Below, one piece after another: positions 13,569-25,720 of a DNA stretch of 64,000 bases. Position 1 is the stretch's first letter, and every line of letters begins with the position of its first letter. The notes below the pieces were generated by a model. The model saw nothing but the letters and a program-made list of their open reading frames with translations, was not told the origin of the DNA and did not search any database. Origin of the DNA: Macrostomum hystrix (taxonomy: Eukaryota > Animalia > Platyhelminthes); NCBI GenBank assembly GCA_950097015.1, contig CATNEN010000038.1, forward strand, positions 15,500,001 through 15,564,000, written 5' to 3'. The position numbers and the translations under genes are program-made.

Positions 13569-14029
13569 AGTGCCATTATATGAACTCCCTTCGCACACAA
13601 GCTCAAGTACCTGTGCTACAAAGTTTTCATCGTCTCGGGGGTTGGGCGTCCCTAAAATGAAAGTGGTGTTGTCGCGGATTCGAACACATGACCTCGGTGC
13701 CATAGACAAACGCTATAGCTTTGCCACTCGCACCAGAATAACATGCAAAAGTAAGAGTAACACATTATCTGAGTCTAATATGTAATTTCTATTTTTTAAG
13801 AAAACGAATTTGTATATAGAAGATAAGAATTGAAGGCATGAAACTCAATGATTGACAAAAGTCAAAGCCAGTCAAAGTAGTTTTTTCTAATTAATTGCAG
13901 AGTTAAATGGCTTCAAAAATATCTTATCTTGATGCTCAAGAAACAGACGAAAATATAGAAGCTAATTCACTGGACTTTTCTATATTCAAAATTTGAAGTC
14001 TAAAATCTCTTGGAGGGCAGCATTTTTAA

Positions 14030-16970
14030 ATGCTCTGTTCTTTTAGTAGAGTTCCACGCGGCGATCTCTGCTGCTTTGTCTTGTTGGTCTGGTTGGTTCT
14101 CGTTAACCAATCGGAGCCATCCAACACTCGGTGCGGATCTGCCCATCCGGATCAGCTTGACCAATCGGAGCCGTCCAACACTCGGTGCGGATCTGCCCAT
14201 CCGGATCAGCTTGGCCAATCGGAGCCGTCCAACACTCGGTGCGGATCTGCCCATCCGGATCAGCTTGACCAATCGGAGCCGTCCAACACTCGGTGCGGAT
14301 CTGCCCATCCGGATCAGCTTGACCAATCGGAGCCGTCCAACACTCGGTGCGGATCTGCCCATCCGGATCAGCTTGACCAATCGGAGCCGTCCAACACTCG
14401 GTGCGGATCCGCCCATCCGGATCAGGTTGATCCAATCGAAATCGCTGTCGTTCGCCAATCCACTGTCTCTGATATCACCGTGGACTGGCTGCCACCAGAC
14501 TACGCGGCAGTCTGGCCTTATTATTTCATCTTAACCTGCCAGAACTGTCCAATCAGACAGGCCAATACAACGGAGGAGACGTATAGATTTTCAGGTCTCA
14601 GAGCTGCGTCTGAGTATGCAGTGTCAGTTCAGGCTGGCCATGCGCGTTGCCGGCCTAGTCCAGCCTATGCACTGATTGGCAGGACAGGTAGGATACCTTC
14701 ACTTCATTTGGTGACCCGCACTGCCTATTTCGCTGACTCCTGAGCACACACGCACACAGATACTGTATGCAGGCACACGCTCGCACAGGTGTGTTCATCT
14801 GCTATAACTTTCTCATCGTCAGGCAGTGTACACTTTCACTAAGCTTTGGAGGTTGGCTCTTAAGGGTATAAGTTGCACGACAAGCCCCCAAGCTATCTTT
14901 GTGATCATAAAAATATGCCGATAACGCGTTTTATTGGAATACTTTGACTAATTTGACAAAATAAGTAAGAAGTGACACTGCTCTATACCATTTGCCAGCG
15001 CTGAGCAATCTACGGGGACCGTTGAGGATCTCAAACGTCAATGAGACAGGTTTCACAGTCAGCTGGACCGCATCGCCAGATGCGAACATTCTATACGAGG
15101 TCTCCTGCGCCAAGGCTCTAGTCGACCAGCCAACGGCTCGATGCGAGGGTCTTCAGTCTGGTGCCAGAATCGAGTTCACAGTCACAACGGTAAAGACAGG
15201 ATTTCTAAATTCTAATTTCGTCTATGGCAGAGCACTTACAGGTAATTTCTAGATTGTCCTCAGGTTGCATATTTTCGCTGGCTCTAGAACTTTAGTCGTA
15301 AAAAATTCGGCCTTTCAGATCTCTTTGCTGTCAATGTGAGTCGTGTAGAACTCACGATTCTCGATACGGCCATCCACGTGTCCTGGACTCCCTCCGACAC
15401 AGCTGGCGTCTTATATCAGTTGACCTGCAGATGCTTCGGCAGCAATAGTGATGTCATCAGTGTGACATCAGTTGTCCCAATGGCAACTTGCGACCAACTG
15501 AGCACTGGACAAGCTTACAAACTGACCGTGGCTGTAAAGAAAGACGGCTTCAGGGATGCCGTCACTGATCTAGGCGTTTGGCATGCTGGTAAGTACACGT
15601 ACTCTGCAGCCGTGCTTTGGATATTTCTTATTTACTGCATACACTTGTAATCGAAGCAATAGTGCCATACTCAAAATGAATTAAGGAGCAACGACTAAAC
15701 AGACTACAAAGCTAGCTACCATTGACTACACGACTAAAAAATTTACTTATGGAACAAAAACTGAACACGTTGGTGATGGAACAACAACCGAAGCTTCAAC
15801 AACAGAAGCTCCAACAACAGAAGGACCAACGAGAGAAGCTTCAACAACTGAAGCTCTAACAACAGAAGCTTCAACAACAGATGGACCAACAACTGAAGCC
15901 CCAACAACAGAGGCTCCAACAACTGACGGACCAACAACAGAAGCTTCAACAACAGATGGACCAACAACTGAAGCCCCAACAACAGAGGCTCCAACAACTG
16001 ACGGACCAACAACAGAAGCTTCAACAACAGAAGGACCAACGAGAGAAGCTCCAACAACTGACGGACCAACCAAAGAAGCTCCAACTACAGAAGCTTCAAC
16101 AACAGACAGACCAGCAACCGAAGCTTCAACAACAGAAGCTCCAACAACAGAAGGACCAACGAGAGAAGCTCCAGCTACTGAAGCTCTATCGACAGAAGCT
16201 TCAACAACAGACGGACCAACCACAGAAGCTTCAACAACAGAAGATCCAGCAACAGAAGATCCACCAACAAAAGATCCAGCAACAGAAAATCCAGCAACAA
16301 AAGATCCAGCAACAGAAGCTTCAACCACAGAACCTTCAACAACAGAAGCTTCAACAACAGAAGCTCCAGCAACGGAATCTAGCACTTCTGGCACAGCAAC
16401 CACAACGGACGGAAGCCGAGGCCCCTGCCCGTCAGAGCAGTGGCTGCAGTTCAGCGGGTTCTGCTACCTGCTGGTCAAGGGAACCAACGGAAGGAACCTC
16501 TCTGAGGCTGTGCGAGACTGCCAGAGTCGAGACAGGTCAGCTCACCTGCTGTGGGTCACCAGTCAGGCTGAGATGGACTGGGTCACGGACTACTCAGCGA
16601 GGAATTGGACACTGAGACAGGACTACAGAGCTCAGTGCACGGACTGCAGGTTTCAGGGAGACGCAGCCTGGACTGGACTCTTCAGAGACGTGTCGGACGG
16701 AGGCAAGCTGAAGTGGCTGAGGGACAACTCAAGCGTCAGTGTCAGAGTGTGAGTAGTCCTGGAAACAGATTTGTGTTATCCCCGATGTGCTCTGAAACGC
16801 AAACGCATGAGAAGCCCCGAACCCACCGCCGCAGACCGTGGCTCATCGGTCCCAGCCTGTCGCCAAGCAACTTCGGCTTCCTGTTTGACGCACCGCGAGA
16901 GCTGCTGTGGCGGACCTACCAGCCCGAGGCGCGCCACTTCCACCTGTGCAAGGTCCCGGGTAACAACTGA
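14030..16970 (+). CDS. Lectin locus 2, 5' part: signal peptide, 6x18-aa Cys repeat, 3 FN3 domains, mucin, CTLD (N-half + D-type C-half)
   Basis: Exons 14030-14687, 14999-15241, 15319-15588 (phase 1; FN3 motifs ITVDW..YRFSGL..Y.V.V, TVSW, VSWTP), 15686-16748 (mucin + CTLD N-half), then 16835 to stop at 16970, or to a phase-1 donor after 16959. Confidence 0.82.
14107..14436 (+). repeat. Coding 54-bp repeat x6 (QSEPSNTRCGSAHPDQLD)
   Basis: Near-perfect tandem between the signal peptide and the first FN3. Confidence 0.95.
14705..14905 (-). mobile_element. SINE family B, headless partial copy
   Basis: Reverse complement aligns with 52620-52830. Confidence 0.75.
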
Positions 16971-17334
16971 TCACCAAGGGGGTGCAGGTGGGACGGTCGG
17001 GCGCTTGTCTTCAAAGAGCTTAAAACAATACTTCACTGGATCTTTGTTCCTCAAATATAAAATTATAAAGTTTTCTTGATGAGACTTCTATTGACTACTA
17101 TGTGCACTTTCTGTAAAGTGCTTATGTACCAATCTTCATGCAAGTTTCTTTACTTTTTCTTTTCTGATTTGCAAAGGCTTTCTAATATAATTTCAGATTA
17201 TTTTGTGTTGTTTGAATTGTCTAGATGTTAAGGCAGCCTTGACCCAGACCTGAGCAAGCAGTTCGCTTGAGTTAGATCTGCAGCAACTTGGTTTAAGGGG
17301 CTTAATAACCAGCGTAGGTTGATTTGTCTTCAGC

Positions 17335-18010
17335 AGGTAGAATCCTCAGGTAAAATTTTGGTAGGAATTGAATCATCAGGTAGGAATGGAATCATCAGGT
17401 AGGAATGGAATCATCAGGTAGGAATGGAATCATCAGGTAGGAATGGAATCATCAGATAGGAATGGAATCATCAGGTAGGAATGGAATCATCAGGTAGGAA
17501 TGGAATCATCAGGTAGGAATGGAATCATCAGGTAGGAATGGAATCATCAGGTAGGAATGGAATCATCAGGTAGGAATGGAATCATCAGGCAGGAATAGAA
17601 TCATCAGGTAGGAATGGAATCATCAGGTAGGAATGGAATCATCAGGTAGGAATGGAATCATCAGGTAGGAATGGAATCATCAGGTAGGAATGGAATCATC
17701 AGGTAGGAATGGAATCATCAGGTAGGAATGGAATCATCAGGTAGGAATGGAATCATCAGGAAGGAATGGAATCATCAGGTAGGAATGGAATCATCAGGTA
17801 GGAATGGAATCATCAGGTAGGAATGGAATCATCAGGTAGGAATGGAATCATCAGGTAGGAATGGAATCATCAGGTAGGAATGGAATCATCAGGTAGGAAT
17901 GGAATCATCAGGTAGGAATGGAATCATCAGGTAGGAATGGAATCATCAGGTAGGAATGGAATCATCAGGTAGGAATGGAATCATCAGGTAGGAATGGATT
18001 CTTTCGGTAG
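17335..18010. repeat. 19-bp minisatellite (GGTAGGAATGGAATCATCA)n
   Basis: Direct tandem; duplicated at 24106-24781. Confidence 0.97.
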
Positions 18011-18949
18011 GAATTAAAGCATTAGACAGGAATAAAAGCTTTAGACAGGAATAAAAGCTTTTTCAGGACTAGAATCCTTACGCTCGTAATCTTTCGTAAT
18101 CGTTTTGAGTTCACTCTGTGAAGCTTCAGAAATAGGCTGCTCAAAAGAAAGCACCAATTTAATTACAGAGGCTCTCTTCTCACGCGCTAAAAAGAGGAGT
18201 CAATGAGACCAGGTCCAACCGTAAAAATGCTTATCAATACTTTCACGACTTCAGTCAGAAAAGTCTTCTGAGCAGGCATTTGAAAATTGAGCAGGCTCTT
18301 TTCTCTTGTACATGCCAGATTTGCGCTGTAGGCAAAGACTAACTATGAATCCTCGATTTCGACCACAGACAACAGAATGAAACAACTCCAATCGATTTCC
18401 CCGGAGAGTATGCTTAAAACACGTTGAATTGAGGGAAATCAATTGGACTTAAGGGAATTCATTTGGACTTATCTATGGTCGAGAAGGCTGGTTGGGCCCT
18501 CGCTTTCGACTTCAGCTAATGGGGAAATCAATTGGCTTTTTTGCGAAATCAATTGAGAAAAGGTATATTAAAAATCACTGACGCAATGCGGATCTTCATA
18601 CTCAAAATTCATTCTTCATGTCTTGCTCTAAATGTTTCCCTAGGACTAAGATTCGAACTCTCGACCTCTCGGTCAAAATCCTGAAGCTCTAACAACTTGT
18701 AGTACACTCCATTCAGCCTAATTAGTGAAATTATATATTAAATAAAAAAGAGCCCTGACATTCGCGTCTACCGTGCATGGCAGCTTTCATGTCTCTGGCG
18801 CTGACTAGTAAGGCTTTGATAGGTTTTTATGAGCTGCAATAAGTGATGTCAAGAAAGTATGTTTGCTATGTCGAAATAAATTTCAATGAAAAATAACAAG
18901 ACAAAAAAAACATCCAAGCAGAAATTATACTCGTATCTGAATACTTCAG

Positions 18950-21900
18950 CTCGTGGTACTTTGGCTACCCAAAGCCCAGTCCCGAAAACTTCGTTTCAAT
19001 GACGGAGGCCACCCTGCCGTCAAGGATCAGGACGGATAAAAAGACGGACAAAATGTTTCCCATTTGCAAGATGGACCCGGATGCCAGCCGAGGCCCCTGC
19101 CCGTCAGAGCAGTGGCTGCAGTTCAGCGGGTTCTGCTACCTGCTGGTCAAGGGAGCCAACGGAAGGACCCTCTCTGAGGCTGTGCTAGACTGCCAGAGTC
19201 GAGACAGGTCAGCTCACCTGCTGTGGGTCACCAGTCAGGCTGAGATGGACTGGGTCACGGACTACTCAGCGAGGAACTGGAGACTCAGAGAGGACTACAG
19301 AGCTCAGTGCACGGACTGCAGGTTTCAGGGAGACGCAGCCTGGACTGGACTCTTCAGAGACGTGTCGGACGGAGGCAAGCTGAAGTGGCTGAGGGACAAC
19401 TCAAGCGTCAGCGTCAGTGTGTGTGTGGTTTCTGAGGATAATCGAATGCATCTGAAAATTCATTGCAATAGAATGAACTTTTACATAATAATATTTTTAT
19501 AAGGACTGTGGGCACGTCACTCGCCTGAACACACTCATGCACACAGGTGTGTACATCTGCCACTGACTTTCTCATCGTCAGACGTCAGCAGCGTACACAC
19601 TCTCACCATATGCCATGGAGGTTGGCACTCCAAGACGAAGTTGCAAAGCAGCCCGCAAGCATTCTCTTTGTGGCTGCAAATGAATGTGGCCTCACCGCGG
19701 ATTCGAGTTCAGGAGCCTTAGTGAGAGAGGAAAATGCGTCAAACGCGCTTTCATTCACCCCAGTGAAACCTGTACAAGTCTCAGAATTTGAAACTGCATC
19801 GACGAATGTGCTCATTCTAAATTTCTTTTTGAACTGTACTTTGCCTGAATCCGCCTGAAATCTCTATTTGATGGTTTGTGAAATGTCTTCCTGGAATAGA
19901 AATTGTTCCAGCACAACACAATCTGCTGAGAAATCCCGTTTTGACATTTATAATGCTGTATTAGTCTCCTTACTAAAACATCAATAGTTTTAATATTATC
20001 TTCTGCCTGTGTGTTGCTGCAGCAACTGGTTTGGCAGCGGCCCGAGCGACTCACCAGCGGACCACGGCTACCTGTTTGATTCGGGCTCCGCATTGTACTG
20101 GAGGACATTCCAGTCCAATGCGAAGCATTTTCACCTGTGTAAGGCACCTGTGTTCGTGGCAACGACTTCACCTGATGTCATCACAGTGCCGTCTACGATT
20201 CCGGAGCTGAGGACTTCAACTGAGTTTACAACTGTCACAACTCTGGTGCCAACAACTACTACGGAAGTTCCTCGGGGCCCCTGCCCGTCAGAGCAGTGGC
20301 TGCAGTTCAGCGGGTTCTGCTACCTGCTGGTCAATGGAACCAACGGAAGGACCCTCTCTGAGGCTGTGCTAGACTGCCAGAGTCGAGACAGGTCAGCTCA
20401 CCTGCTGTGGGTCACCAGTCAGGCTGAGATGGCCTGGGTCACGGACTACTCAGCGAGGAATTGGAGACTCAAAGAGGACTACAGAGCTCAGTGCACGGAC
20501 TGCAGGTCTCAGGGAGACGCAGCCTGGACTGGACTCTTCAGAGACGTGTCCGACGGAGGCAAGCTGAAGTGGCTGAAGGACAACTCGAGCGTCAGTGTCA
20601 CACTGTGAGTGTGGTTGCTGAGGATAATCGAATGCATCTGGAAATTCATTGCAGAATAATGAACTTTTACATAATAATATTTTCATTAGGACTGTGGCCA
20701 CGTCATTCCCCTGAACACACTCATGAACACAGGTGTGTACATCTGCCACTGACTTTCTCATCGTCAGACCTCAGCAGCGTACACACTCTCACCATATGCC
20801 ATGGAGGTTGGCACCCAAGACGAAGTTGCAAAGCAAGCCCGCAAGCATTCTCTTTGTGGCTGCAAATGAATGTGGCCTCACCGCGGATTCGAGTTCAGGA
20901 GCCTTAGTGAGAGAGGAAAATGCGTCAAACGCGCTTTCATTCACCCCAGTGAAACCTGTACAAGTCTCAGAATTTGAAACTGCATCGACGAATGTGCTCA
21001 TTCTAAATTTCTTTTTGAACTGTACTTTGCCTGAATCCGCCTGAAATCTCTATTTGATGGTTTGTGAAATGTCTTCCTGGAATAGAAATTGTTCCAGCAC
21101 AACACAATCTGCTGAGAAATCCCGTTTTGACATTTATAATGCTGTATTAGTCTCCTTACTAAAACATCAATAGTTTTAATATTATCTTCTGCCTGTGTGT
21201 TGCTGCAGCAACTGGTTTGGCAGCGGCCCGAGCGACTCACCAGCGGACCACGGCTACCTGTTTGATTCGGGCTCCGCATTGTACTGGAGGACATTCCAGT
21301 CCAATGCGAAGCATTTTCACCTGTGTAAGGCACCTGTGTTCGTGGCAACGACTTCACCTGATGTCATCACAGTGCCGTCTACGATTCCGGAGCTGAGGAC
21401 TTCAACTGAGTTTACAACTGTCACAACTCTGGTGCCAACAACTACTACGGAAGTTCCTCGGGGCCCCTGCCCGTCAGAGCAGTGGCTGCAGTTCAGCGGG
21501 TTCTGCTACCTGCTGGTCAAGGGAACCAACGGAAGGACCCTCTCTGAGGCTGTGCGAGACTGCCAGAGTCGAGACAGGTCAGCTCACCTGCTGTGGGTCA
21601 CCAGTCAGGCTGAGATGGACTGGGTCATGGACAATTCGGCGAGGAACTGGAGACTCAGAGAGGACTACAGAGCTCAGTGCACGGACTGCAGGACCCTAGC
21701 AGACGCAGCCTGGATTGGACTCTTCAGAGACGTGTCGGACGGAGGCAAGCTGAAGTGGCTGAAGGACAACTCTAGCGTCAGCGTCAGTGTGTGAGTTTAC
21801 TGCCTTCATGATATTAATTTGAAGATCAAGAAGATAAGCTAAGAAAAGAAATCTTCTGCGTAATATAAGCAGAAAAAATGTTTATTATTAACAAAATTAG

Positions 21901-23741
21901 ATAGGTGAGTTAAGCTGGTGCATCATGGCTCTGTTACCTCTTAATGAAAGTGTTTTTATGAGTCTGAAAATATCTTTAATCACCCTAGCCAGATGATTCT
22001 AGCATGTGAAGCACCGGCCAAGTTATGATTTTTCTTTGCACTTCAGGCCATGGTATTTTATGTACGAACCGGCAGCGACTCCAAGAGACTTCGGCTACAT
22101 TTATCAAGTGACAACAGGTGCTTTGTACTGGAGGACATACACGCCAAGCGCAAAGCACTACCACTTTTGCAAGGCTCCGATTTTCATTGCAACAACTGGA
22201 ACGACTGTAATAACGACTACAACCATCACAACAACACCACAAACTACAAAGACCACAACTACTGAACCAACAACTGCTGAACCAACAACTGCTGAACCAA
22301 CAACTACTGAAGAAACAACTACTGAACCAACGACTGCTGAACCAACAACTGCTGAACCAACAACTACTGAACCAACAACTACTGAACCAACAACTACTGA
22401 AACAACAACTGCTGAACCAACAACTACTGAACCAACAACTGCTGAACCAACGACTATTGAACCAACAACTGCTGAACCAACAACTACTGAACCAACAACT
22501 ACTGAACCAACAACTGCTGAACCAACGACTATTGAACCAACAACTGCTGAACCAACGACTATTGAACCAACAACTGCTGAACCAACAACTACTGAACCAA
22601 CAACTACTGAACCAACAACTGCTGAACCAACAACTACTGAACCAACAACTACTGAACCAACAACTGCTGAACCAACAACTTCTGAACCAACAACTACTGA
22701 AACAACAACTGCTGAACCAACAACTACTGAACCAACAACTGCTGAACCAACGACTATTGAACCAACAACTGCTGAACCAACAACTTCTGAACCAACAACT
22801 ACTGAACTAACAACTGCTGAACCAACAACTACCGAACCAACAACTACTGAAACAACAACTGCTGAACCATCGACTACTGAACCAACAACTACTGAAACAA
22901 CAACTGCTGAACAAACAACTACTGAACCAACGACTGCTGAACAAACAACTGAAGCTCCAAAGACAGAATCTTCGACAACAGAAGATCCAAGAACAGAAGA
23001 TCTAGCAACAGAAGGTCCAGCAACAGAAGGTCCAGCAACAAAAGATCCAGCAACAGAAGGTCCAGCAACAAAAGATCGAGCAACAGAAGCTTCAACAACA
23101 GAACCTTCAACAACAGAAGCTTCAACAACAGAAGCTCCAGCAACGGAATCTAGCACTTCTGGCACAGCAACCACAACGGACGGAAGCCGAGGCCCCTGCC
23201 CGTCAGAGCAGTGGCTGCAGTTCAGCGGGTTCTGCTACCTGCTGGTCAAGGGAACCAACGGAAGGAACCTCTCTGAGGCTGTGCGAGACTGCCAGAGTCG
23301 AGACAGGTCAGCTCACCTGCTGTGGGTCACCAGTCAGGCTGAGATGGACTGGGTCACGGACTACTCAGCGAGGAATTGGACACTGAGACAGGACTACAGA
23401 GCTCAGTGCACGGACTGCAGGTTTCAGGGAGACGCAGCCTGGACTGGACTCTTCAGAGACGTGTCGGACGGAGGCAAGCTGAAGTGGCTGAGGGACAACT
23501 CAAGCGTCAGTGTCAGAGTGTGAGTAGTCCTGGAAACAGATTTGTGTTATCCCCGATGTGCTCTGAAACGCAAACGCATGAGAAGCCCCGAACCCACCGC
23601 CGCAGACCGTGGCTCATCGGTCCCAGCCTGTCGCCAAGCAACTTCGGCTTCCTGTTTGACGCACCGCGAGAGCTGCTGTGGCGGACCTACCAGCCCGAGG
23701 CGCGCCACTTCCACCTGTGCAAGGTCCCGGGTAACAACTGA
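18950..23741 (+). CDS. Lectin locus 2, cassette 1: CTLD exons A, B, B, C+mucin, D
   Basis: Phase 2-2 exons 18950-19420 (donor GTGTGT), 20023-20604, 21209-21790, 22047-23519, then D exon 23606-23741 (stop). All are open and homologous to gene 1 exons or D1. Confidence 0.8.
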
Positions 23742-24105
23742 TCACCAAGGGGGTGCAGGTGGGACGGTCGGGCGCTTGTCTTCAAAGAGCTTAAAACAAT
23801 ACTTCACTGGATCTTTGTTCCTCAAATATAAAATTATAAAGTTTTCTTGATGAGACTTCTATTGACTACTATGTGCACTTTCTGTAAAGTGCTTATGTAC
23901 CAATCTTCATGCAAGTTTCTTTACTTTTTCTTTTCTGATTTGCAAAGGCTTTCTAATATAATTTCAGATTATTTTGTGTTGTTTGAATTGTCTAGATGTT
24001 AAGGCAGCCTTGACCCAGACCTGAGCAAGCAGTTCGCTTGAGTTAGATCTGCAGCAACTTGGTTTAAGGGGCTTAATAACCAGCGTAGGTTGATTTGTCT
24101 TCAGC

Positions 24106-24781
24106 AGGTAGAATCCTCAGGTAAAATTTTGGTAGGAATTGAATCATCAGGTAGGAATGGAATCATCAGGTAGGAATGGAATCATCAGGTAGGAATGGAA
24201 TCATCAGGTAGGAATGGAATCATCAGATAGGAATGGAATCATCAGGTAGGAATGGAATCATCAGGTAGGAATGGAATCATCAGGTAGGAATGGAATCATC
24301 AGGTAGGAATGGAATCATCAGGTAGGAATGGAATCATCAGGTAGGAATGGAATCATCAGGCAGGAATAGAATCATCAGGTAGGAATGGAATCATCAGGTA
24401 GGAATGGAATCATCAGGTAGGAATGGAATCATCAGGTAGGAATGGAATCATCAGGTAGGAATGGAATCATCAGGTAGGAATGGAATCATCAGGTAGGAAT
24501 GGAATCATCAGGTAGGAATGGAATCATCAGGAAGGAATGGAATCATCAGGTAGGAATGGAATCATCAGGTAGGAATGGAATCATCAGGTAGGAATGGAAT
24601 CATCAGGTAGGAATGGAATCATCAGGTAGGAATGGAATCATCAGGTAGGAATGGAATCATCAGGTAGGAATGGAATCATCAGGTAGGAATGGAATCATCA
24701 GGTAGGAATGGAATCATCAGGTAGGAATGGAATCATCAGGTAGGAATGGAATCATCAGGTAGGAATGGATTCTTTCGGTAG
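24106..24781. repeat. 19-bp minisatellite, duplicate of 17335-18010
   Basis: Same unit and same variant positions. Confidence 0.97.
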
Positions 24782-25720
24782 GAATTAAAGCATTAGACAG
24801 GAATAAAAGCTTTAGACAGGAATAAAAGCTTTTTCAGGACTAGAATCCTTACGCTCGTAATCTTTCGTAATCGTTTTGAGTTCACTCTGTGAAGCTTCAG
24901 AAATAGGCTGCTCAAAAGAAAGCACCAATTTAATTACAGAGGCTCTCTTCTCACGCGCTAAAAAGAGGAGTCAATGAGACCAGGTCCAACCGTAAAAATG
25001 CTTATCAATACTTTCACGACTTCAGTCAGAAAAGTCTTCTGAGCAGGCATTTGAAAATTGAGCAGGCTCTTTTCTCTTGTACATGCCAGATTTGCGCTGT
25101 AGGCAAAGACTAACTATGAATCCTCGATTTCGACCACAGACAACAGAATGAAACAACTCCAATCGATTTCCCCGGAGAGTATGCTTAAAACACGTTGAAT
25201 TGAGGGAAATCAATTGGACTTAAGGGAATTCATTTGGACTTATCTATGGTCGAGAAGGCTGGTTGGGCCCTCGCTTTCGACTTCAGCTAATGGGGAAATC
25301 AATTGGCTTTTTTGCGAAATCAATTGAGAAAAGGTATATTAAAAATCACTGACGCAATGCGGATCTTCATACTCAAAATTCATTCTTCATGTCTTGCTCT
25401 AAATGTTTCCCTAGGACTAAGATTCGAACTCTCGACCTCTCGGTCAAAATCCTGAAGCTCTAACAACTTGTAGTACACTCCATTCAGCCTAATTAGTGAA
25501 ATTATATATTAAATAAAAAAGAGCCCTGACATTCGCGTCTACCGTGCATGGCAGCTTTCATGTCTCTGGCGCTGACTAGTAAGGCTTTGATAGGTTTTTA
25601 TGAGCTGCAATAAGTGATGTCAAGAAAGTATGTTTGCTATGTCGAAATAAATTTCAATGAAAAATAACAAGACAAAAAAAACATCCAAGCAGAAATTATA
25701 CTCGTATCTGAATACTTCAG

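Noticed and set aside
18470-18530. GC-rich stretch ending CAGCTAATGGGG resembling an HDV-like J4/2
   Set aside because: A consistent P1/P2/P3 nested pseudoknot could not be assembled.
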